From the NCBI GenBank assembly GCA_038108875.1, contig JAYNII010000001.1:101450-165003 (forward strand): a DNA stretch of 63,554 bases, in the 5' to 3' direction. Shown here one piece after another: positions 10,309 to 18,221 of the stretch; position 1 is the first letter of the stretch; every line of letters begins with the position of its first letter. The notes beneath the pieces were generated by a model that was given only the letters and a program-made list of their open reading frames with translations, searched no databases and was not told the DNA's origin. Made by a program: the position numbers and the translations under genes. This DNA is from Gammaproteobacteria bacterium. Lineage in GTDB: Bacteria > Pseudomonadota > Gammaproteobacteria > Magnimaribacterales > D2472.

Positions 10309-11364
10309 TTATTTTAGTTCGCTTAACTTTACTAGTGATACATTGGGTATAGAAGGACATTTACAATTTATCCACCTTAGCAACATCGCGCCTTCTGTGT
10401 GGTCTTGCGTAATAAGATTGTTTAATAGGTTCTCATCTCGATGAGTTACATGAATGACTAATTCTTTGTTGTTTAATTTTGCGTTGGAGTTATTAATGTG
10501 AATTTTATTAAACCTATAGTCTAAGGATTCCATCCAAAAATTTTCTAGTTGAAAGTTCCAAAGTTGACAGTCTGGGATTGTTGTTTTTATAACTAAGCAC
10601 TCATTTGGTTCGATTTTATAATAACCATGTAAGTAAATTATGCTTGGATCGCCACCCGCAGCCTGAAAAAATTCTTGATCGCCAAGAGGGAGAGCATTTA
10701 AGTGTCGTAATTTGAAATCTCCCGTCCATTTCAGAAATGTGCTGGCTGTTCCGGCAACAAAGTTCAAAGTCATTTTTAATTTATGATGTAAATCTTCATC
10801 ACTAAGTATTGGTAAATGAAAATCTGTATGAATTGCTTCTATGTTTATCGTGGCTCTTTTATCATTCATTTTCGATCTGTAAGTTTCTCTGACGATTAAC
10901 ATATTAGAATCTGGACGCATTCTCAAATCAGCATTTTTATCTTGACTTATTAAAACAGAAAAATTTCCATTTTGGTCTGTATCTCTCGATGTGATTTCTA
11001 ATTCAGCATGAGAAATCATAGTTCCATCAATGTGGTATCTATTTTGCTTAATTCCAATACTCAAATATTCAACTTCCCCAAAATTTCCGGAAATTTTGTA
11101 AGATTGAGCAGGGTTAAGATTTGCATTTAAATAGACATTATCTGGGTTATCACCTCCTATTTTTGCAGTTTCATTAGAGAGTGAGTAAAAAGAGGGGTGA
11201 TGGGGAAAACTATGCTCAAAATTCATTTCGCTGGACAGTCTCAATAATCTAAGTAAATACCTATACCCTTCATTTCTTGATAAATTATCTGGAGCATTTT
11301 TATCAATCATTCCGCCTAAGTTTTTTAACTCATCGCAGAATTCTTCCCATGCTTTAAGATTCAT
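10309..11364 (-). CDS. DUF1214-containing protein
   Basis: EGYRYLLRLL, GGDNPDNVY, WNFQL.NFWMESLDYR and LLRW motifs typical of this family. Confidence 0.75.
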   Translation of the reverse strand: MNLKAWEEFCDELKNLGGMIDKNAPDNLSRNEGYRYLLRLLRLSSEMNFEHSFPHHPSFYSLSNETAKIGGDNPDNVYLNANLNPAQSYKISGNFGEVEYLSIGIKQNRYHIDGTMISHAELEITSRDTDQNGNFSVLISQDKNADLRMRPDSNMLIVRETYRSKMNDKRATINIEAIHTDFHLPILSDEDLHHKLKMTLNFVAGTASTFLKWTGDFKLRHLNALPLGDQEFFQAAGGDPSIIYLHGYYKIEPNECLVIKTTIPDCQLWNFQLENFWMESLDYRFNKIHINNSNAKLNNKELVIHVTHRDENLLNNLITQDHTEGAMLLRWINCKCPSIPNVSLVKLSELK

Positions 11365-11421
11365 AAACAGCCGATTAATATTTGCAATATACTAAGTTAA
11401 CAGATATTTTTAAATCAGCAT

Positions 11422-12489
11422 ATGCCAGCACCACAAGAGAGAGATTTAGTAAAAACGGCTACTTCTTTAAAAGAATGGTTTATACATTCTCAAGGACTAG
11501 ACCCTGATATTAAAATTCAGATTAAAGGTGGACCTGAAAACACAGGTTTTTCAAATGAAACTCTGACTTTTAGCATTCAATTTAATAATGGTAAATCAGA
11601 TGGTTATGTAATTAGATTTACTCCAAAAGGATATAAAGTTTTTCCTGAGTATGATATTAAAAAACAGTACCAATTGATGCATTTCCTTGAAAAACATGGA
11701 GTAAAAGTTCCTCATGTAATTGCCTTCGAAGATGATACATCTATTCTTGACTCTAGCTTTTACTTAATGCGTGAATGCAGTGGACAGGCACCTTCTGATA
11801 ATCCGCCTTTTCATCAAGTTGGCTGGGTGTTTGATGCTTCTCCCGAAGTAAGATTAAGAATGTGGAAGAATTGGTTAGATGAGATGATTAAAGTTCATCA
11901 AATAAATATTGAAAACAATTGCGTTGACTTTCTTAATAGACCCAATTTGGCTAATAACCACTTGGATCAAGAATTAAATTTTTATTTTAACTTCCATGAT
12001 TGGGCCATGGATGGAGAAAGTCACCCAATAGCAGAAAGCGCTAAAGAGTTTCTTATTAAAAATAAACCTAAAACTGATAACCTCCAGTCAAGAATTGTCT
12101 GGGGAGATTGCAGGCTAGCTAATGTAATGTATTCATCAAATGGCGAATTATCTGCAGCCTTAGATTGGGAGATGGCAATTTTAGGAGATCCTTGCCTTGA
12201 TCTTGCTTGGGGTATTGCAATTGATGATTGTAATAGTTTGGGGTTAAACATTCCTAAATTACCGGGATTTATGAGCACAGAAGAAACTATCTCTTATTGG
12301 GAAAAACATAGCGGATTTAATGCAACTAACTATGATTATTTTTACATATTAGCTTTGTATAAATTTACTGTAATAATGACTAAAGTTGTTAAAAAACTTG
12401 AATATTATGAAATCCTCCCGAAAGGTCTCGGTGCTCATATTAATAATCATGCAAGTGGTATGTTAGCTAAGCATATGGAGTCACATTAA
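11422..12489 (+). CDS. APH/choline-kinase-like phosphotransferase (acyl-CoA kinase-like)
   Basis: GFSNET, WGDCRLAN (Brenner-type) and LDWEMAILGDP motifs. Confidence 0.82.
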   Translation: MPAPQERDLVKTATSLKEWFIHSQGLDPDIKIQIKGGPENTGFSNETLTFSIQFNNGKSDGYVIRFTPKGYKVFPEYDIKKQYQLMHFLEKHGVKVPHVIAFEDDTSILDSSFYLMRECSGQAPSDNPPFHQVGWVFDASPEVRLRMWKNWLDEMIKVHQINIENNCVDFLNRPNLANNHLDQELNFYFNFHDWAMDGESHPIAESAKEFLIKNKPKTDNLQSRIVWGDCRLANVMYSSNGELSAALDWEMAILGDPCLDLAWGIAIDDCNSLGLNIPKLPGFMSTEETISYWEKHSGFNATNYDYFYILALYKFTVIMTKVVKKLEYYEILPKGLGAHINNHASGMLAKHMESH

Positions 12490-14012
12490 TGGCCATCTTT
12501 ACTATTAAGAAAACTGAAAATAAGAAAATTCTTTGCACTCAAAGCCCTATAGACTTTTCTCCTCTAACCGAAATTGAATGCTCTTCTAAACAAGAGGTAA
12601 GTAATGCATTTCTAAATGCTAGAAAAGCTCAATCTGAGTGGAAAAATGTGGCAATTGAAAAAAGAATAGAGCTTCTAGATAAACTAGCGCTCATTATTTC
12701 ACAACAAAAAGAGAGAATAATTGAAGTAGTAATAAGCGAGACAGGTAAACCTCGACAAGAGGCTTTATCTATGGAAGTTTACTCTGCACTTGACTCTATA
12801 ATTTTCTATAGCAAACGTGCAAAGAAATGGCTTGCAGACGAGCCTGTCAAACTTCATGGACCAATGCGTTTTCTTAAAAAATGCAAAGTAATTTATAAAC
12901 CCAGAGGAGTAATTGGGATCATTACCCCATGGAATGGACCATTTATTTTGTCTATTAACCCCGTTATCCAATGTGTGCTTTCCGGAAACGCTGCCATCAT
13001 TAAGCCATCAGAAGTAACTCCACTTTCTGGTCAATTAGTAGAAGAGATGTTTGTGTTGGCTGGCGCTCCTAAACACTTAGTGCAAGTCTTGATAGGTGAT
13101 GGAGAGGTTGGGGAGGCTTTAATTGCAAATAAACCAGATAAATTATCTTTTACTGGTTCTGTTAATACTGGAAGAAAGGTCGCGGAGTTATGCGGAAAAC
13201 TCTTAATTCCCTTTAGCCTTGAACTAGGAGGAAAAGATGCCATGGTGGTTTGTGATGATTCAAATATCAAGGAAGCTGCCCAAGGAGCAGTCATGGGATC
13301 TTGTATGAATGCTGGGCAATACTGTTGCGGAACTGAAAGAATTTATGTATTACATTCGATTTATGATGAATTTGTTGAAGAGGTTTCAAAGATTACAGCA
13401 AATCTTATTCAATCAGATAAGGGATTTGTAGATATAGGAGCAACCTTCTGGGATAAACAATTAGAAATTATCGAGGATCATGTTCATGATGCTGTTTCCA
13501 AGGGCGCCAAAATACTGGTTGGAGGTATAAGGAATCCTAAGCTTTCTGGGCTATTTTATTTACCAACTGTTATGGTTGATGTTGATCACTCAATGAAAAT
13601 TATGCAAGAAGAAACTTTTGGTCCAATTATTTGCATAATGAAGGTTAAAGATGAAGAGGAGGCTATGCAACTAGCTAATGATTCGAAATATGGTTTAAAC
13701 GGTAATATTTGGACTCAAAATTTACAAAAAGGTGAAAAGCTTGCGCGTTCCCTGGAAACAGGAGCTTGCTCCATCAATGATATGGCGATGAGTTATGGTT
13801 TGAATGAGGTTCCATTTGGTGGTTTGAAAGAAAGTGGACTAGGATTTGTAAACGGCAAGGAAGGGTTTAGAAGTTATTGCCATGCAATGCCTATAGTAAT
13901 TGGTAAGAAGCCATCCTCTGTTTACCCTTATACAGAAAAGAGTTATCGACAGCTTGAACAAGCTATCAAAATATTTTTTGATAATAAATTTTTTAGAAAG
14001 TTATTTGGTTAA
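12489..14012 (+). CDS. Aldehyde dehydrogenase
   Basis: ITPWN, FTGS, LELGGKD, GQYCC and EETFGP motifs. Confidence 0.92.
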   Translation: MAIFTIKKTENKKILCTQSPIDFSPLTEIECSSKQEVSNAFLNARKAQSEWKNVAIEKRIELLDKLALIISQQKERIIEVVISETGKPRQEALSMEVYSALDSIIFYSKRAKKWLADEPVKLHGPMRFLKKCKVIYKPRGVIGIITPWNGPFILSINPVIQCVLSGNAAIIKPSEVTPLSGQLVEEMFVLAGAPKHLVQVLIGDGEVGEALIANKPDKLSFTGSVNTGRKVAELCGKLLIPFSLELGGKDAMVVCDDSNIKEAAQGAVMGSCMNAGQYCCGTERIYVLHSIYDEFVEEVSKITANLIQSDKGFVDIGATFWDKQLEIIEDHVHDAVSKGAKILVGGIRNPKLSGLFYLPTVMVDVDHSMKIMQEETFGPIICIMKVKDEEEAMQLANDSKYGLNGNIWTQNLQKGEKLARSLETGACSINDMAMSYGLNEVPFGGLKESGLGFVNGKEGFRSYCHAMPIVIGKKPSSVYPYTEKSYRQLEQAIKIFFDNKFFRKLFG

Positions 14013-14013
14013 A

Positions 14014-14439
14014 CTAAGAGTCTGATTCTTTTTCGATTTTAACTTTTACTTCTATTTTTGCATCCTCATCACCAATATTATTTTTTATTGTGTTCACTAT
14101 TTTCTCTATATCAATTTTAGTGATGCCCTCAGCAACTCCATCAATCTCAATTTTTTCAAGCGCTGCTTCAAGATCAGTGTCATCATCAAGTTTTAACATA
14201 ATTACTTTCTTTTCGGATGATGTATCACTTAACTCTATTTCTTCGCCATCTTTATCTTTCCAAACTCTTTTCTCTAGTATCTTTGGGTGGTGCATTTTTG
14301 GCATGTCTATTCCATCACCTTTAAACATCATTACGTGATCACCTCTGAAGTTAGGTTTGGGTTTTAAAAAGTCATCTAATATGATTGCGCCCCCAATTAA
14401 AGACCCAACAATTAGTGCTTGAATATATTTTTCATTCAT
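14014..14439 (-). CDS. Hypothetical membrane-anchored acidic protein
   Basis: N-terminal hydrophobic helix then D/E/K-rich region; AGGAG RBS upstream. Confidence 0.7.
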   Translation of the reverse strand: MNEKYIQALIVGSLIGGAIILDDFLKPKPNFRGDHVMMFKGDGIDMPKMHHPKILEKRVWKDKDGEEIELSDTSSEKKVIMLKLDDDTDLEAALEKIEIDGVAEGITKIDIEKIVNTIKNNIGDEDAKIEVKVKIEKESDS

Positions 14440-14485
14440 AAGTCTCTCCTGCGATCAATATTTGACAATTATAATTTAAATAAGT

Positions 14486-15247
14486 TCATTTAAGAGCGTT
14501 TAAATAAGCTGGATTTTCACCCCCTCCATGAACTTCAAGGGCTGCACCAGAAATCCAACTTGCATTATTGGAGCTTAAGAATAGGCAAGCATGTGCAATA
14601 TCTGATGGAGTTCCCATTCTCTTTAAGGGAATAGTTTTTGCAACTTTTTTCATTTGAGTTTTATTGCCGTAGTGAATGAGAGAATTTTCAGTTTCTATGT
14701 AGCCTGTAATAATTGCATTGACTCTAATCTTTGGCGCCCATTCAATTGCTAAAGTTTGAGTTAGATTTACTAACCCGCCTTTAGCAGCACCGTAGGCTGC
14801 ACTTCCTGGTGTTGGTCTATTAGCAGTTACACTTGAGATGTTAATGATGGATGAAACTGTTTTTTGCTTGAGCATTCTTTTTGCAATGAGCACGCTCATT
14901 TGTAACTGAGCTGTTAAGTTAAAATCAATTACAGACTTATGAAAATTTATTGACCCTTCTATCGCGTTAATTAGGGGAGAGCCACCAGCATTATTAATTA
15001 ATATATCAATGTTTTTTGTGTAGGTAAGTATTTCATTTATAGCATTTTCAATAGACACATTGTCTCTAATATCACACTTTATGAAGACAGCCTTATTGCC
15101 TTTTTTAATAATTTGCTTTTTGATTGGGTTTCTTGATAAAACAAAGACTTTTGAACCCTCAGCTAGATAAGATTCAGCTATGCCTTTGCCAATTCCTTTG
15201 GTACCTCCTGTAACAATAACAGATTTGTTTTTAAATTGATTGTTCAT
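14486..15247 (-). CDS. Short-chain dehydrogenase (Rv3549c-like, steroid C/D-ring catabolism neighbourhood)
   Basis: TGGTKGIG, NNAGGSP, RPTPGSAAYGAAK, EWAPKIRVN and LEVHGGGE.P.YL; recalled as near-signature matches to Rv3549c. Confidence 0.8.
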   Translation of the reverse strand: MNNQFKNKSVIVTGGTKGIGKGIAESYLAEGSKVFVLSRNPIKKQIIKKGNKAVFIKCDIRDNVSIENAINEILTYTKNIDILINNAGGSPLINAIEGSINFHKSVIDFNLTAQLQMSVLIAKRMLKQKTVSSIINISSVTANRPTPGSAAYGAAKGGLVNLTQTLAIEWAPKIRVNAIITGYIETENSLIHYGNKTQMKKVAKTIPLKRMGTPSDIAHACLFLSSNNASWISGAALEVHGGGENPAYLNALK

Positions 15248-15302
15248 CTTTAGTCTGCAGTTATTATAATGATGCTTCTAATTTTGTCATAACGGAGAAT
15301 AG

Positions 15303-15938
15303 ATGAAAATTGCCATTTTAGGAGGAACCGGTTCCCTTGGGACAGGACTTGCCCGACGTTGGATTAAAGCAGGTCATGAAATTATCATTGGCTCTCGTTC
15401 CAAAGATTCTGCACTAAAAGCAACCCAGGCTTTAGATTTACCTGATGCTAATGCATGTTTGAACGAGGAAGCAGCTAGAATAGGCGATATAGCGTGTTTA
15501 ACGGTTCCCTTTGCACATCAAGTTTCAACCTTAGAAACTGTAAAGGAAGAATTACGCTATAAGATACTTGTTGATGCAACTGTTCCGTTAGTTCCTCCAA
15601 AAGTAATGCGTGTTCAACTACCTGCAGGTGATGGATGCGCCGCTATGATTGCTCAAAGGATTTTAGGAGAGGAGGTGAGCGTCGTTTCAGCTTTTCAGAA
15701 TATTTCTGCTGAACTCTTACAATCTTCACACCCAATCAATTGTGATGTATTAGTATGTGGGGATAGAAGAGAAGACAGAGAAACTGTCATCAGTCTTATT
15801 TCAGATATGGGATTAAAAGGATGGCATGCAGGACCTTTGTGTAACTCAGCTGCCGCAGAGGCTTTGACCTCTGTGCTAATAGCAATAAATAAAAATCATG
15901 CTATCTCTCACTCAGGGATCGCTGTTACTGGAGTTTAG
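15303..15938 (+). CDS. npdG: NADPH-dependent F420 reductase (F420H2:NADP+ oxidoreductase, Fno)
   Basis: GGTGSLG, IIGSR, TVP, DATVPL, VSAFQN and DVLVCGD motifs; first gene of the cof operon. Confidence 0.9.
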   Translation: MKIAILGGTGSLGTGLARRWIKAGHEIIIGSRSKDSALKATQALDLPDANACLNEEAARIGDIACLTVPFAHQVSTLETVKEELRYKILVDATVPLVPPKVMRVQLPAGDGCAAMIAQRILGEEVSVVSAFQNISAELLQSSHPINCDVLVCGDRREDRETVISLISDMGLKGWHAGPLCNSAAAEALTSVLIAINKNHAISHSGIAVTGV

Positions 15939-15940
15939 CT

Positions 15941-16711
15941 ATAACTGGTTCTGCAGAATTAAACCTAATTGGTTTAAAAGATTTTCCACTAGTTTTTCCT
16001 GGCGATTCAATTCCAGAACTCATCATTGCTGCAGTTAAATCAAGTAAAAAAAAGATCCAAGATGGTGATATTTTTGCTATTGCTCAAAAAATTGTTTCAA
16101 AATCAGAAAATCGTTATAGGTTCCTGACAGATTACTCCCCCAGTAAAGAGGCCAAGGAAATTGCTAAAAAAATAGGAAAAGATGAAAGATTTGTTGAGGC
16201 TGTTTTACAAGAATCAAATAAAGTTGTTAGATATAGAAAAAATGTTCTAATTGTCGAACATAAACTTGGATTTATTCATGCTAATGCTGGTATAGACCGA
16301 TCTAACATAGATCAATCCAATGAAAGGATACTTCTCTTACCTCTTAATCCAGATAATTCTGCGAATAAAATAAGACTGAGCTTAAAAAGGTACTTTAAGG
16401 CTGACGTTGGTGTAATTATTACCGACACTATGGGAAGACCCTTTAGAAATGGCATTGTTGGTTTTGCGATTGGCGCAAGTAACATAAATTCGATTAGAGA
16501 CGAGAGGGGTAAAAAAGATTTATTTGGAAATGAACTCAAAGTTACTCAAATTGGTATAGCAGATGAGCTAGCTGCTGCAGCGTCCTTAGTAATGGGTCAG
16601 GCAGATCAAAGTATGCCAGTCGTTTTAATTCGGGGTCATCAAACAATAAAAAATGAAATTAGCAATGCTCAGGTCCTAATTAGAGAAGAAGAGGAAGACC
16701 TTTTTAGATGA
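15941..16711 (+). CDS. cofE: Coenzyme F420-0:L-glutamate ligase (probable AUA start; ORF track shows only the last 93 aa)
   Basis: Frame open from 15893 to 16711. Reads LIGLKDFPLVFPGD..GDIFAIAQKIVSKSENR..ANAGIDRSN..LLPLNPD.SA..GVIITDTMGRPFR..DELAAAASLVMGQ..EEDLFR. No in-frame ATG/GTG/TTG before 16430; GGAG lies 7 nt before ATA 15941. Confidence 0.88.
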   Translation: MTGSAELNLIGLKDFPLVFPGDSIPELIIAAVKSSKKKIQDGDIFAIAQKIVSKSENRYRFLTDYSPSKEAKEIAKKIGKDERFVEAVLQESNKVVRYRKNVLIVEHKLGFIHANAGIDRSNIDQSNERILLLPLNPDNSANKIRLSLKRYFKADVGVIITDTMGRPFRNGIVGFAIGASNINSIRDERGKKDLFGNELKVTQIGIADELAAAASLVMGQADQSMPVVLIRGHQTIKNEISNAQVLIREEEEDLFR

Positions 16712-17625
16712 AAACTCTACTCATTTGTGGTGGAGTTGGCGGAGCAAAGCTCGCCAAAGGTTTTTACCAAAGCAAACAAGATTTTGATGTGTTAGTGAAT
16801 ATCGGAGATGATTTTAATCATTTTGGGCTTCATATTTCTCCTGATTTAGATACTGTTATGTATACGTTGTCAGACAGAGTAAATACTTCGCAAGGGTGGG
16901 GTTTAGAGGACGATACATGGAAAACGCTAAAAAATATTGAATTAATTGGAGGAGATACTTGGTTTCAATTAGGGGATAAAGATCTTGCAACTCACATGGT
17001 AAGAACTCAATTATTAAAAACCCAAAACCTAACTCAAACCACTCAAAAAATTTGCCAAGCATTTAACCTTTCGATAAATTTGTTTCCTGCTTCAGAAGAT
17101 CTAATTCAGACAACAATTTATGAAGGCAACAATAGCTACTCTTTCCAAGAGTACTTTGTTAAACACAAGACCAATGTAGTTGTCAGCAGTATTGCATATC
17201 TTGGATTGGAACAGGCGTCTTTAAATCCAAATATAGATTTAGAGACTTATAACAAAATAATTATCTGTCCCTCTAATCCTTATCTGAGTATTGATCCTAT
17301 AGTTAAGATCAACGAGCTTTGGAATTTTCTAAATAAGAACAAAGAACGCGTTTTTGTTATATCACCGATTGTTGCAGACGCATCACTAAAAGGACCCACA
17401 GCAAAGATTATGCACTCCTTAGGAATTGATGTTAACGTTATTTCTATCGCAAAACACTATCGTGCTATAGCTGACAATATATTTATAGATGAAAGAGATA
17501 AACACTACGCTCAAGAGATTTCTAGTCTTGGAATGAATCCTTATCTGAGCAAACATCTAGTGATGACTTCAGACCAAGACAAGATTTCCTTGGCTGTTGA
17601 GATTCTAAAAGTCCTAAATGCATAG
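16708..17625 (+). CDS. cofD: 2-phospho-L-lactate/PEP transferase
   Basis: GGVGGAK, NIGDD, ISPDLDTVMYTL, WFQLGDKDLATH, FQEYFV, PSNPYLSIDPI and KGPTAK motifs. Confidence 0.95.
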   Translation: MKTLLICGGVGGAKLAKGFYQSKQDFDVLVNIGDDFNHFGLHISPDLDTVMYTLSDRVNTSQGWGLEDDTWKTLKNIELIGGDTWFQLGDKDLATHMVRTQLLKTQNLTQTTQKICQAFNLSINLFPASEDLIQTTIYEGNNSYSFQEYFVKHKTNVVVSSIAYLGLEQASLNPNIDLETYNKIIICPSNPYLSIDPIVKINELWNFLNKNKERVFVISPIVADASLKGPTAKIMHSLGIDVNVISIAKHYRAIADNIFIDERDKHYAQEISSLGMNPYLSKHLVMTSDQDKISLAVEILKVLNA

Positions 17626-18205
17626 CTTTCTTATACCTATTAAATTATCCGATAATCCAAAATCTCGGCTGAGTAAAGTATTGTCTCTAAACAAAAGAAT
17701 AGAATTTATGGAGTTTTGTTTGACTAATTTAATCAACTCTATATACGCAGTCATTCCCAACCCTGATATCCATCTTCTTATCAAAGGAATAAATGAAAAA
17801 GTATTTGCAGTTAATAAGCATTTTTCAGATCTGCCACTCAATCAGGCAATTCTATCCGTCACTAATAATCTTTTTGAATTTGGTCACCGCATAACAATTT
17901 TGCATGCAGATCTTCCTATATTGACAGAAGAATCAATAATCAGAATTAATCAAACAATACCCAAAAATGAAGCATATATTTATCCGGATGAATATCTCTC
18001 TGGCACAAATGGACTTACCTATACTCATGGTTCTATTAAAAAATTTGTTTTTGGGGATTCCAGCTACTCGAATTTTATTAATCTAGCCAAAATTGAAAAC
18101 ATAGAGATGATTTCTGTGAATGACCCTGGAATTGCATTTGATCTAGATGATGAAGAAGATTTTATTAAAGTTCCTCAAAATATACGTAACAAACTGTTAG
18201 ACTAG
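17618..18205 (+). CDS. cofC: 2-phospho-L-lactate/PEP guanylyltransferase (CofC/FbiD)
   Basis: IPIK....KSRLS, LNQA, ADLP, GTNGL and FDLD motifs; position between cofD and fbiC. Confidence 0.88.
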   Translation: MHSFLIPIKLSDNPKSRLSKVLSLNKRIEFMEFCLTNLINSIYAVIPNPDIHLLIKGINEKVFAVNKHFSDLPLNQAILSVTNNLFEFGHRITILHADLPILTEESIIRINQTIPKNEAYIYPDEYLSGTNGLTYTHGSIKKFVFGDSSYSNFINLAKIENIEMISVNDPGIAFDLDDEEDFIKVPQNIRNKLLD

Positions 18206-18221
18206 TTATGTTAGTAAATCT

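Noticed and set aside
11365-11421. KstR-type operator in the divergent gaps of the steroid cluster
   Set aside because: No TnnAACnnGTTnnA-like palindrome seen here or at 23925-23982; only AT-rich imperfect symmetry.
15893-16711. cofE as a truncated pseudogene (93 aa in the ORF track)
   Set aside because: The frame is open and conserved for ~256 codons with no stop or frameshift; only a canonical start codon is missing.
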